Program-made: the position numbers and the translations under genes | DNA from: Acidimicrobiales bacterium | Lineage (GTDB): Bacteria; Actinomycetota; Acidimicrobiia; Acidimicrobiales; Bog-793 | Direction of reading: 5' to 3' | Length of the DNA stretch: 46,133 nucleotides | Assembly: GCA_050742375.1 (NCBI GenBank) | Contig: JBOGHY010000059.1 | Location: forward strand, 1 to 46,133 | Notes under the pieces: generated by a model | The model's input: the letters and a program-made list of their open reading frames with translations, nothing else | The model's database searches: none | Told to the model about the DNA's origin: nothing | Shown: positions 33,405 through 42,727 of the stretch, piece by piece | Position numbering within the stretch: the first letter of the stretch is position 1 | Layout: each line of letters opens with the position of its first letter

Positions 33405-34835
33405 GTGAACACCGACGCTTCGTGGCCCGACCTCTATGAGGCCGAGTCTCGGGTACTGGGGATCCAGACCAAGCTGCATCAATGGGCTGCCGACGACCCT
33501 CATCGTCGGTTCTGTGACCTCTTCAACCTCGTCGCCGATCCCGCTTTCCTTGTGGTCGCATGGGATCGGGTGCGGGGCAATCGGGGGGCACGGTCGGCTG
33601 GAGTCGATGGGGTGGAACCCCGCTCCATCGTCTTCGGCAGGGATTGGTTCCTCACCGAGCTGCGAGACGATCTCAAAGCCGGGCAGTTCCGACCCAGTCG
33701 GGTGCGTGAACGGATCATTCCCAAGCCCGGCTCGTCAAAGGGCCGTCGCTTGGGCATCCCCACCGCCCGGGACCGTACCGTGCAAGCATCCCTCAAGCTG
33801 GTGCTCGAACCGATATTCGAGGCGGACTTCAAGCCGGTCAGCTACGGCTTCCGCCCGAAGCGGCGAGCCCAGGACGCCATCGCCGAGATTCACCAGTTCA
33901 CCTCTCGTTCCTACGAGTGGGTGCTCGAGGGTGACATCAAGGCGTGCTTCGACGAAATCTCGCATGTCGGCCTTCAAGACCGCGTGCGAGAGAGGATCGG
34001 GGACAAGCGTGTCCTGGGCTTGGTGAAGGCGTTCCTCAGGTCCGGCATCCTCACTGAGGACGGGATCGAACGGGACACCATCACCGGCACCCCGCAAGGG
34101 GGCATCCTCTCGCCGTTGCTAGCCAACATTGCTCTCTCGGTCCTCGACGATCACTTCGCCGCGGCTTGGGAGGCGTGGGGCGACTTCAATGCCCGCAGCT
34201 ACCGGAGGCGCAAGGGAATGGCCACCTACCGCCTGGTGCGGTATGCCGATGATTTCGTCGTGTTGGTGGCCGGCACCCGAGCGCATGCCGAACAGCTGCG
34301 GGACGAGGTCGCCGCGGTGCTCCAACCGATGGGCCTTCGCCTTTCGGAGGAGAAGACGACGATTGTCCACATCGACGAAGGCTTTGACTTCCTCGGCTGG
34401 CGCATCCAGCGTCAACGCCGACGGGGGTCGGACAAGCGGTTCGTCTACACCTGGCCGTCGCATAAGGCGCTCGCCTCGGTGAAGGCCAAAGTGCGGGCGC
34501 TCACCCGAGGAGGCACGAATCAACCACTGTCGGTCCTGCTGCGCCGGCTGAACCCGGTGCTTCGGGGCTGGGCCAACTACTTCCGACACGGCGCCTCGTC
34601 GGCGACCTTTGACTACCTCAACGCCTTCAGTTGGCGGCGGGTGGTCATCTGGCTCCGTCACAAGCACCGCCGTGCCAATTGGGCGTGGCTCCGCCGTCGC
34701 TACCTTCCGGGGTGGCGGCCGACGGAAGGCGAGATCACCCTGTTCAACCCGTGTTCGATGGCGGTTACCCGCTATCGGTATCGGGGAGCGCAGATTCGCT
34801 CGCCGTGGCCCACAGCGGACGTGACGGTCGCATAG
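33405..34835 (+). CDS. group II intron reverse transcriptase/maturase (no recognisable HNH endonuclease domain)
   Basis: RT motifs are present: RIIPKPGSSKGRRLGIPTARDRTVQ, GFRPKRRAQDAI, TPQGGILSPLLANIAL and RYADDFVVLV. The maturase X region reads LNPVLRGWANYFRHG. GTG 33405 is preceded by AGGAGG. The ORF is open from 33276. Confidence 0.9.
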   Translation: MNTDASWPDLYEAESRVLGIQTKLHQWAADDPHRRFCDLFNLVADPAFLVVAWDRVRGNRGARSAGVDGVEPRSIVFGRDWFLTELRDDLKAGQFRPSRVRERIIPKPGSSKGRRLGIPTARDRTVQASLKLVLEPIFEADFKPVSYGFRPKRRAQDAIAEIHQFTSRSYEWVLEGDIKACFDEISHVGLQDRVRERIGDKRVLGLVKAFLRSGILTEDGIERDTITGTPQGGILSPLLANIALSVLDDHFAAAWEAWGDFNARSYRRRKGMATYRLVRYADDFVVLVAGTRAHAEQLRDEVAAVLQPMGLRLSEEKTTIVHIDEGFDFLGWRIQRQRRRGSDKRFVYTWPSHKALASVKAKVRALTRGGTNQPLSVLLRRLNPVLRGWANYFRHGASSATFDYLNAFSWRRVVIWLRHKHRRANWAWLRRRYLPGWRPTEGEITLFNPCSMAVTRYRYRGAQIRSPWPTADVTVA

Positions 34836-34857
34836 TCCAGCGACTTGAGCTCGTGGA

Positions 34858-34891
<34 letters not shown>

Positions 34892-34956
34892 GGAGGTGCG
34901 GGCCGGGGAAACGGACCGCTTGAGAGAGCGGCACTGCGCCCCGGCCCGATCCCTAC

Positions 34957-36063
34957 TATCCGGGAAAGGTCTGGCTGAACGGACATGAGTGGGCCAAGCG
35001 CCAGGCTCGGCGCGCCGGGCTCGACTTTGGCGAGCTCGCCAATGGCTTCTCCTCCTGTGAGGATCCGGCTGGACTCCAAAGGGTCTGCGACCGCTTCGGC
35101 CCCCGGGACGTCCAGACCTTCTTCGACCGCTGGCGCGCGGTCATCCCGAGCCCGTTCACCGACGCGGACCGGAAGGCTGGCTATGACTACGAGCTCTCCA
35201 TGCGCCAGGTGGAGATCAGCCGCACCCTCGTCTTCGACGATCCACGCCGGGCGCGGAGCTTCTTCGAAGCGCTCGTTCAGGACAACATCGACGTCGGTCG
35301 CCCCGAGCAGATCGCAGCCGTCTTCGGGATGCAGCTGCGCACGAGGGGTCCGCGAAAGACCACGGGCACCTTCCGGACCAGGGTCTTCTCACCGGGCACC
35401 GAGGTGAAGATCGACTTCAGCTTCAAGCACAGCCGGGTCAAGCAGTACCTGAAAGAGGGGAGAGCCCTTCGCATCGAGACCGTCATCAACAAGCCCAAGG
35501 ACATCGGCCTCCTCTCCCGGCTCGAGCACCTCACCGAGCTCGTCGCCCGGGCGCGCCAGGTCAACGACCGTCTGCTTATGATCGAGAGAGCCGGCCAGGG
35601 CTGTGCCATCGGCACTGCGCTCTTCGAGCGCATCCACCAGCCTTACGCGAAAGCGGGCCAACGAACCGGAGCACTGCGCTTCGGGGATCAACGCGCCATG
35701 GCCCTAGCCGGTGCTCTCTGCCTCGTCGTCCACGCCGTCACCGGCTTCACCAACAAGAGCCTTCGCGGGCAGGTGGCCGGACTCCTCGGCAGGGACTACA
35801 GCTCCTCGCAGATGAGCTATGACCTCCGCCGCCTGCGCCTCCACGGCCTGATCGCTCGCCAGGAGGGCACCAACACCTACACCCTCACCTCGGAGGGAAT
35901 CCGCGTCGCCGTCTTCTACACCAAGCTCCGATCGCGCCTACTCGCGCCCCTGCTCGAGGCCAACAAGCCCCCGGCATCCCCAGAGCTGCGCAGCGCCCTG
36001 CATATCATCGACCACGCCGTCGCGGACTACGTGGTCGGCGCACGGCTCGGAGCCGCCGCCTGA
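34957..36063 (+). CDS. conserved actinobacterial hypothetical protein, exon 2 (winged-helix-like C-terminal region)
   Basis: It continues YPGKVWLNGHEWAKRQARRAGLDFGELANGF...MRQVEISRTLVFDDPRRARSFFEALV...YDLRRLRLHGLIARQEGTNTYTLTSEGIRVAVFYTKL in the same frame as exon 1. The spliced product would be 542 aa. Confidence 0.75.
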   Translation, partial: YPGKVWLNGHEWAKRQARRAGLDFGELANGFSSCEDPAGLQRVCDRFGPRDVQTFFDRWRAVIPSPFTDADRKAGYDYELSMRQVEISRTLVFDDPRRARSFFEALVQDNIDVGRPEQIAAVFGMQLRTRGPRKTTGTFRTRVFSPGTEVKIDFSFKHSRVKQYLKEGRALRIETVINKPKDIGLLSRLEHLTELVARARQVNDRLLMIERAGQGCAIGTALFERIHQPYAKAGQRTGALRFGDQRAMALAGALCLVVHAVTGFTNKSLRGQVAGLLGRDYSSSQMSYDLRRLRLHGLIARQEGTNTYTLTSEGIRVAVFYTKLRSRLLAPLLEANKPPASPELRSALHIIDHAVADYVVGARLGAAA

Positions 36064-36069
36064 AACTTG

Positions 36070-36981
36070 TCACAAGATCCAGAAGTAGGTCCACTTGACC
36101 GGGCCGAGGGGCTTGGAGATGTCCCAGCTCCACACCTGGTTCGGGGCCTCGGCGATGAGCTCGGGCTTCTTGCTCGCGGGGTGCGTGGCGTGGCGGCGCC
36201 CGTCGCCCACCTCGTCGTGGGCGCGCAGCACCCGGTACATGGTGGGCACCGACGCCACGTAGATCCCCTGGTCGAGAAGCTTGGCGTAGGCCGTCGCCGA
36301 CGAGTCGTCGCAGAACTCCTCCGAGTTGAGCGTGGCGTGCACCTCCTTGCGCTCCACCTCGGTGAGCGCCTGGGGCTGGGGAGCCCGCACCGACTCGCGC
36401 CGAGGCGGAGCCGCGCTCTGGCGGTGGCGGCGGTACCAGCCGGCCCGGGACACCCCAACGGCCTCGCAGGCGGTCCTGGTCGGCACCGACACGTCCTCGA
36501 GCCCGGCGACGGCTCCGTCAACGAGCTGGGTCACCTCGTCTCGCCCCTCTCCTCCGGCGCGCCGTCGGTGACGAGCTGCTCCAACAGCGCTGAGAGTTTT
36601 CCCTGGACCTCGATGATCTTGCGGGCCTTGTCGAGCTCGCCGGTCAGGCGCTTGTTGTCGCACCGGAGCTTGCCGATCTCCTTGTCTCGGGGGTCGGCGG
36701 CCGGAGGTCCCGCCGACTTGGGCGAGCTCGGCCATGCCGCCGCGGTCGCGCTGCTTGCGCCACTCGGACAGCAGCGACGAGTAAAGGCCCTCGCGGCGCA
36801 AGAGGGCGCCCTTCTCGGCCTTGTCCAGGCGGTCGTACTCCTCGAGGATCCTCGCTTTGTACGCGGCCGGGAACCGGCGCGTCGGGCGGGCGCGCTTGGG
36901 GACGACCTCGACCTCGGGGTCAGTGTGGTCCATCACGCGATGTTGGGCGCGCGACGGTGGAGTGGTGGATCGTGTTGGTCA
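36070..36981 (-). pseudogene. IS3-family element remnant (orfA plus the N-terminal part of orfB; frameshifted and 3'-truncated)
   Basis: The HTH region is [43 protein letters not shown]. The leucine-zipper region [38 protein letters not shown] lies in a different frame. The orfB start ...YRVLRAHDEVGDGRRHATHPASKKPELIAEAPNQVWSWDIS is cut off just after the first DDE Asp. The terminal TGACCAACACG... sequence is at 36981. Confidence 0.75.
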
Positions 36982-37017
36982 TCGTGGAACTTCCGGGTCT
37001 ACTGACGGTTTCGTGGG

Positions 37018-37761
37018 TCAAGCTGCCCAAGGTAGCGACGGTGCGATGCCAGATCTGGCGAGCATGATCATCGTGATGAAGCTTTCGGGATGACGAAATC
37101 CTCGGGCAGCCGATCGGACGCGACCGATGGCTGCGTTGTTCGACTCAGAGATGCCGGTCGTGAAGCCCCACTCGATGGTCGCCTCGATCGAGGCCCGGTA
37201 GTGGCGGATCGTCCGGGCGAGCTTGACGAAGGCTTGCAGGCGGGACCTGCTGGCGAAGTAGAGCCAGTCATCGAGGGCTTCCATGGCCTTGGCGGGGGGC
37301 ATCGACATGACGTCTCTCAGCTCCTCTTTCAGTTGCCAGGCCCGGAACGACCGCCTGTTCGCCTTCTCGAGGTCCCTGATGACGCCTTTCTGAGAAGGGC
37401 TCAGGTTCTCCCAGTTGCGCAACAGCAGCCATCTGAGCCCCTTCAGCTCCTTCGCCGTCTTGGTGCCGCCTCTTCGGCGGAGGTGGTTCCACTCCTCCCG
37501 TCTCACTTCGTCAAGGGCGTCTGTCGCCCAGGCGACGACGTGAAACGTGTCGAGGCAGACGACGACGTCGGGAGCACGCTCGGCAACGACGGCCCGTATC
37601 CACTCGGCCCCGTCGCAGCTCACGAACTCGAGCTCGGCGCAGCGAGTTTCGCCGAGGGCGTCAAAGAACTCCCCGACCGTCTCTTTGGAGCGTCCCTTCG
37701 CCGCCCAGATGACCTTTCCGCTCAGGTGGTCGCGGACGACGGTCAGGTAGCGATGGCCTTT
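37018..37761 (-). pseudogene. ISL3-family transposase, C-terminal part
   Basis: KGHRYLTVVRDHLSGKVIWAAKGRSKETVGEFFDALGETRCAELEFVSCDGAEWIRAVV...LDTFHVVAWATDALDEVRR...ISESNNAAIGRVRSAARGFRHPESFITMIML shows ISL3 DDE-domain motifs. It is preceded in frame by a stop at the insertion junction. Confidence 0.8.
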
Positions 37762-37842
37762 TCAGGGGTCGGTGGTGCGCATCATGTGCCTTGAGCAGGC
37801 GGGTCATGTGGCGCACAGGTGAGCGTGACCAGGTCAGGGCCG

Positions 37843-38382
37843 TCAGCGGTTGAGCCGGGCCATGAGCTCGCGGTTGATCTGTCGCGCGGCCTCGAGCTCT
37901 TCGGTGCGGCGGGCGAGCCCCTCCTGGACGTCGAAGAGCGCCTGCTCGAGCTCGGCGACGCGCCCGGTCGCCGCGAGCTCTGCTCGCAGCGATCCTTCGC
38001 CGACCTCCTTCGCCATGACCTCGTCGCCGAGCAGCTCGCCGAGGCGGCGCTTGAGGGCCGCCAGGTCCTGCTCCAGGCGGTGGTTGGTCGCCTTCGCGTT
38101 CTCGAGGTCCGCTCGCAAGGAAGCGGTCGTGACCCGGGCATCCCCCGCCGCCGACCTGGCTCGGTCCTGAGCAAGCTCGGCGCAGCGACGGTCGACTTCG
38201 GCGCGCAACTCGGGATGGTCGTAGAGGAACCGACGACTCACGCCTGCCATTCGGGCGACACGAGCGACTACGAGCGGCTCACCGACACGTGCCATGGAGT
38301 CGACGGCGGCGAGGACGCGTACCGCCTTGGCCTCCGAGTCGGCCCGGCGCTTTCGGACCAGGTTCTCGACACGATCAGCCAC
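37843..38382 (-). CDS. small third gene of the recombinase element (DUF6262-like / TnpC-position protein with a coiled-coil tail)
   Basis: GTG 38382 overlaps the upstream stop by 8 nt (GTGGCTGA). The 179-aa product reads ...AVRVLAAVDSMARVGEPLVVARVARMAGVSRRFLYDHPELRAEVDR... followed by a heptad-like tail. The family name is recalled from memory. The track ORF is open to 38748. Confidence 0.65.
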   Translation of the reverse strand: MADRVENLVRKRRADSEAKAVRVLAAVDSMARVGEPLVVARVARMAGVSRRFLYDHPELRAEVDRRCAELAQDRARSAAGDARVTTASLRADLENAKATNHRLEQDLAALKRRLGELLGDEVMAKEVGEGSLRAELAATGRVAELEQALFDVQEGLARRTEELEAARQINRELMARLNR

Positions 38383-40954
38383 CGGTCGCGTCCTTGTGGC
38401 CGCCGGCTCGTTCGATGGTCGGGAACAGCGTCGGGCGAGGTTGGCGCGCCAATCCACGGAACTCGACGGGGAACGTGGTCGCGAGTGCAGCACGCTCCTT
38501 GCGCACCGTCGCGATCGCGGCCTCGATGCGTTCGCGCTCGTCGGGATCACAGCCGGCCAGGACCTCACTGTTGGAACGGACGAGTCGGCGAACCGCCTCG
38601 ATCTCCTCTGGGCTCGGCGCGGCGTCGGCCCGGGCCCATTCAGTGAGCGCCTGGGTCGCCGCCGCCAGGCGCTCCCTGTCCGCGAGCAGCTGGGCGAGGT
38701 ATCCCTCGAGCTCGGGCTGGAACGAGGGATCCGTGCGGAAGTACTCACAGCCCAGGCAACGGTGGCGGAATGGACATGAATGTCCTTCGGCTCCGACGTT
38801 GGTGGGCTCGGTGCAGACTCCGAAGGGAACTGCGACCTGACCGACCTGCTCTCGCAGGGCCTCGGAGGAGCCGAGCACCGCGATCCCCGGCCGCACGCGA
38901 CCTGCGTGCGCGTCGAACTGCAAGGGTCCGAGCGCGTCCTGAGCGGTGCGCTTTCGGCGAGCAGTGACGCGGTAGTAGGTCAACGTGACTCGCACCGTGC
39001 CATGACCGAGAAGCTCCTTCAAGGTGTCGACCGGCGTGCCCGCGTCCGCGTGGCGCTGGGCGAAGCTGTGGCGAAACGCGTAGGGGAAGACGCGTTCTCG
39101 TGGAAAGGGAACCGGGATCCCGGATGCGTCGCGCTCGGGGCCGTCGAGGCGGTCGAGCGCGTCGACCCACCGGCGCATCACCCACGCCAGCCAGCTCGCC
39201 GAGACGGGCCGGGTGCCGTCGGGGTTCTTCAGTGCCCGCGGAAACAGCACGAGGCGCTCGGGTGGCATCTGGGGGAAGGCGGCCCGCACCCGGGCTTGTT
39301 GGGCGGAGATGATCCTCGCCTCCCGGTCGTTGATCGGCAGCCGGCAGCCGAGGGCTCCGACCTTGGGCATGTCGTGGACAAGCACCGGGCTCGCCCGCTG
39401 CTCGCCGTCGTCGCCGACATGGCTGTCGTAATCGAGGCAGGACAAGGAGAGCGTGCACAGCTTGCTCGTGCGCCGTCCGACACCAGCGGCGAGCTCGACA
39501 GCGGCACGAGCCATCGGGCCCGCCATCTCCTGGAGTACAGCCAACGACTCGTCGCTCAGCAGCTGGGACATGACGACGTCTGGGAGGGCACGGCCGAAGT
39601 CTTCGGGGTCCCGGCGGACCGGCGGCAGGCGGTCGCCTCGCCGCAGAGCCACCTCGTCGAGGAGACCGGCCATCGGGCCTCCCGGGCCGGTCAGTCCGAG
39701 TGACCGGGACTCTCGCAGAAATTTTGCGACGGCATCGAGGATCCGACGTCGCACGTAGGGCGTCAGCGCACCGGCCGCCTCCAGGTGACCCAGCCGGGCG
39801 CAGAAGGCCTCGATGTCTTTGCGACCGAGCGCGGCGGGGACCGCACCGGCGTCCTCGCGGCGAGCGAGATGTTCGGAAAGGGTCCCGAGCGCGTTCAACG
39901 CCGTCTGCACCGTCACCTTGCCCCTCGAGGACAACGCGTCGGCGGCCCAGGCTTTTGCCGACTCCTTCAGCCATCGCTGGGTGATCGCAGGCGACGAGAT
40001 CCTGCCGTTTTGGTGCAGGTGGCTGCCGCCGGCGAAGGAGAGCCGCCCGCGCTTGCCCCAGTGGCGCAGATCCCAGACGTCGCCTTCGCGCTCGCTGTTG
40101 GCATCGGAGGACGCGAGCGCGGCCTCGTCGGCGCAGCGTGCGAGGAACCGGCGCACCGCCGCAGTCAGCTCCGTCCCGTCCATGTGGGCGACGCTGGTCA
40201 CGCGCTGGCGCCGGAGGTGGTCGACCGCGGCGCGAAGGTCGGTGGGCATGACTCGGCGGCCGGCCGCAAGGGAGCCCTGGACGCCGAGGAGCACCTCGCA
40301 GATGACCTGGGCGGGCAGCCCGGCGAGCACGACGCGACCCTGGCGATCGCCCCGACATGGCAGCGCGTCGTGAAAGAACGCTTCGAGCTTCGGGCGCCCA
40401 GCCTTGCGCCACGCCTGATCGTGGGCCTCGCAGAGGCCGTGCACCTTCCTCGCCACCAGGCGACCGCAGGAGACGACCGCGCAGGTCCCGAGCGTCGGTC
40501 GAGGTGACGCCGGCTCGAAGGTCCTGTCGCCGTCGACGTAGGCGGCCACGCTCTGGTGGCGGGTGAGCCGGGTGCGATCGCACGACAGGCACAGCCCATT
40601 CGCGACGGCGGGTCGACAGGCGCCAGGGAGCCGGCACACCGCGCACAGCCGCTCACCGGGACGCCGTCCCGGGATCCCGGCCGGCAAGAACTCTGCGAGT
40701 GGACGTTCGGCGTCCTTCGCCCGGCGAGTCGCACATCCCCCGCACAGGCGGTTCTTGCACCAGGCCTCGCTGCCACAGCCGGCGACCGCGCAGACCTCGT
40801 AGCCGAGGAGGCGGTGCGCCGGGTCGGGGGTGAACACCTCCGTCGCCGGATCGAAGCCGAGCCCGACCATGGCGGCCATGTCGATCGCGGCGGCGAGCCC
40901 GGCCCGGTCGGCGAAGAGCGGGACCGCCAGAGGGGTAAGCCGGGCCGCTCTCAC
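38375..40954 (-). CDS. large tyrosine recombinase (phage-integrase family) with an N-terminal Cys-rich repeat region
   Basis: The catalytic region reads ...VFPYAFRHSFAQRHADAGTPVDTLKELLGHGTVRVTLTYYRV. The C-terminal region reads GHSCPFRHRCLGCEYFRTDPSF. GTG 40954 forms a GTGA overlap with the upstream integrase stop. 859 aa. Confidence 0.85.
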   Translation of the reverse strand: MRAARLTPLAVPLFADRAGLAAAIDMAAMVGLGFDPATEVFTPDPAHRLLGYEVCAVAGCGSEAWCKNRLCGGCATRRAKDAERPLAEFLPAGIPGRRPGERLCAVCRLPGACRPAVANGLCLSCDRTRLTRHQSVAAYVDGDRTFEPASPRPTLGTCAVVSCGRLVARKVHGLCEAHDQAWRKAGRPKLEAFFHDALPCRGDRQGRVVLAGLPAQVICEVLLGVQGSLAAGRRVMPTDLRAAVDHLRRQRVTSVAHMDGTELTAAVRRFLARCADEAALASSDANSEREGDVWDLRHWGKRGRLSFAGGSHLHQNGRISSPAITQRWLKESAKAWAADALSSRGKVTVQTALNALGTLSEHLARREDAGAVPAALGRKDIEAFCARLGHLEAAGALTPYVRRRILDAVAKFLRESRSLGLTGPGGPMAGLLDEVALRRGDRLPPVRRDPEDFGRALPDVVMSQLLSDESLAVLQEMAGPMARAAVELAAGVGRRTSKLCTLSLSCLDYDSHVGDDGEQRASPVLVHDMPKVGALGCRLPINDREARIISAQQARVRAAFPQMPPERLVLFPRALKNPDGTRPVSASWLAWVMRRWVDALDRLDGPERDASGIPVPFPRERVFPYAFRHSFAQRHADAGTPVDTLKELLGHGTVRVTLTYYRVTARRKRTAQDALGPLQFDAHAGRVRPGIAVLGSSEALREQVGQVAVPFGVCTEPTNVGAEGHSCPFRHRCLGCEYFRTDPSFQPELEGYLAQLLADRERLAAATQALTEWARADAAPSPEEIEAVRRLVRSNSEVLAGCDPDERERIEAAIATVRKERAALATTFPVEFRGLARQPRPTLFPTIERAGGHKDATGG

Positions 40955-42093
40955 GACCGCTCCTCGTTCGCCCACAGGTTGACCGGACCGAGGCGCTCCA
41001 CTGCGGCCCGTTGGGCATCGACGTCGGGGTGGAGGTAGGTCTCGGTCGAGCGGATCGAGGCATGGCCGAGCAGTTCCTTCACGACGTCGAGGCCGGCTCC
41101 CCTCGACAAAAGCTCGGTGGCCGTCGCGTGACGGAACAGATGTGGGGTGACCGCCCGCTCGAGCCCTGCTCGCTTGGAGAGCGCGGCGAGCCACTTGCGG
41201 ACGGTGTCGGCGGACATGGGGCGACCGAGGGGTTCGTGGGAGAGGTTGACCAACACGAAGTCACAGTCCGCGGCCGCCGAGCAGGCACCTCGCTCGCGGA
41301 GGTAGCGGTCATAACAGGAGAGCACCTCGGAGCGCACCGGCACTGAGCGCTCCCCGGACTTCGCCCTGGCACCGTTTTGGTTGTCCCGGTCGACGACGTG
41401 AAGGTGCGGTCCGGGCACCGGGCAGCCGAGGTTCGCAGCACTCGGCACGAGATGGAGGTCGGAGCGCCTGAGCCCGAGGGCCTCGCCGACCCGAAGCCCG
41501 CAGAACCACAACAAGACAAGGAGGAAGCGGTCGCGCCAAGAATGAGCCGCCACGAGCAGCGCCTCGACCTCGTCATGGCGCACCGGCACGGGGCGTCGGG
41601 TGCGACGCGCGCGCTGGAGGTGGCGAGGACGCGCGAGGTAGCGAAGTCCCGATCTCTCCGGGCGCAGCTCTGCGGGCAGGTGGCGGTCGTCACCGACCTC
41701 GTAGAGGGCCGCGAGCACCGACGCGTCGAGGCTGCCGTCTGCGACGGCGTGCTTGTAGAGCTCTCGGACGACGGCGAGGAGATGGTTGATCCGCCCCGGG
41801 CTGCGCACGTTCCCTCGACCGGCACCATTGCGGGTGATGGGGCTCGTCTTGAGCATCGCGATGAACATCCCGAGCGACTTCGCACCGGCGAGGAGGTCAC
41901 GCTCGGTCCGCGCGCACCACGACAGGTAGCAGGCGAGGTCACCGGCGTAGGAACGAGTCGTGCCCTCTGCGCGCCCGGCCCCGAGGCGGAGGTGGCGCAG
42001 GTAGGCGTCGGCGACCGGAACCGGCCGCCACTCCTCGTCGACGACCGTCCAGTAGGCGAGCGTGTCGGTCAGGGTGATGCGAAGCGCCTGCAT
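40951..42093 (-). CDS. tyrosine recombinase/integrase (XerC/D-like size)
   Basis: 380 aa. The N-terminal SAM-like core-binding region reads YLRHLRLGAGRAEGTTRSYAGDLACYLSWC. Catalytic motifs are GLRVGEALGLRRSDL and TPHLFRHATATELLSRGAGLDVVKELLGHASIRSTETYLH. Confidence 0.9.
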   Translation of the reverse strand: MQALRITLTDTLAYWTVVDEEWRPVPVADAYLRHLRLGAGRAEGTTRSYAGDLACYLSWCARTERDLLAGAKSLGMFIAMLKTSPITRNGAGRGNVRSPGRINHLLAVVRELYKHAVADGSLDASVLAALYEVGDDRHLPAELRPERSGLRYLARPRHLQRARRTRRPVPVRHDEVEALLVAAHSWRDRFLLVLLWFCGLRVGEALGLRRSDLHLVPSAANLGCPVPGPHLHVVDRDNQNGARAKSGERSVPVRSEVLSCYDRYLRERGACSAAADCDFVLVNLSHEPLGRPMSADTVRKWLAALSKRAGLERAVTPHLFRHATATELLSRGAGLDVVKELLGHASIRSTETYLHPDVDAQRAAVERLGPVNLWANEERS

Positions 42094-42211
42094 CCTGGCC
42101 TCTGGTGGCTCTCACTTTGCACGTGGCGCACGGTATCCAGAGGGTGTGACTCCGACCCTCGTTTCCGACCCTGCGATGCGCACGACGCGCGGGATCCCCC
42201 ACTCCAGAAAA

Positions 42212-42727
42212 ATGGCCCTTTCTCGACTTCACTTCGTCGATCGAGATGGCGACGAGGCCAGCGAGCAGATCGACCCGCCCGAGCGCCTCGGTGGCGACAC
42301 GTACGCACATGTTGTCGACCGCCCGCCAGCTGAGCCCGTAGCGCCTGGCGACCGCCGCCTTGTTGGAGCAGATGGCGTCGTAGACGACGAGGTCCTCGAA
42401 GTCACGGGTGAAAGAGCTGTCATGACGGGCAAATGCCACTCCGGCGACGGTCGGGCCGTGGACCGGGCAGGTGACGCGGGGCGCCTCGGCGACAAGCTCG
42501 CAGGTGGCGTGCCCGACGTCGATGTGGCGCCAGCGCCTTTCCCCCCCGCCGCGATCGAAGAAAGGCGAGACGGCTCCGCAGCGGCCACAGCGCCCCCTGT
42601 CACGCGACCTCGGGCGCACTCTCACCGACAGATGGGGACGGGGCGAGCTCGCCTCCAGATCGAACCCGCAGATCACGACCGCCGAACAGAGCCCGAGCAC
42701 CGTCCTGAGTACGCTTTTCACGCGCAC
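42212..42727 (-). pseudogene. ISL3-family transposase, N-terminal part
   Basis: The zinc-ribbon-like RCGRCGAVSPFFDRGGGERRWRHIDVG...VTCPVHG, the HTH region KAAVARRYGLSWRAVDNMCVRV and the sequence ...AISIDEVKSRKGH are followed by junction-derived sequence. Confidence 0.8.

Larger units (their letters stand above)
37764..42211 (-). mobile_element. three-gene tyrosine-recombinase element (Tn554-like organisation) inserted in the ISL3 transposase gene
   Basis: It separates codons ...IDEVKSRKGH from (KGH)RYLTVV of the ISL3 transposase. It is bounded by the near-identical 11-mers ATGGCCTTTTC (37753-37763) and ATGGCCCTTTC (42212-42222). It carries two integrase-family genes plus a small third gene, all translationally coupled. 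Confidence 0.7.

Noticed and set aside
38745-40646. 633-aa alternative-frame ORF, together with several 200-300-aa ORFs on both strands inside the large recombinase gene
   Set aside because: The translations are Arg/Pro/Gly-rich without motifs. The overlapping frame encodes a complete tyrosine recombinase with catalytic RHRY-type motifs.
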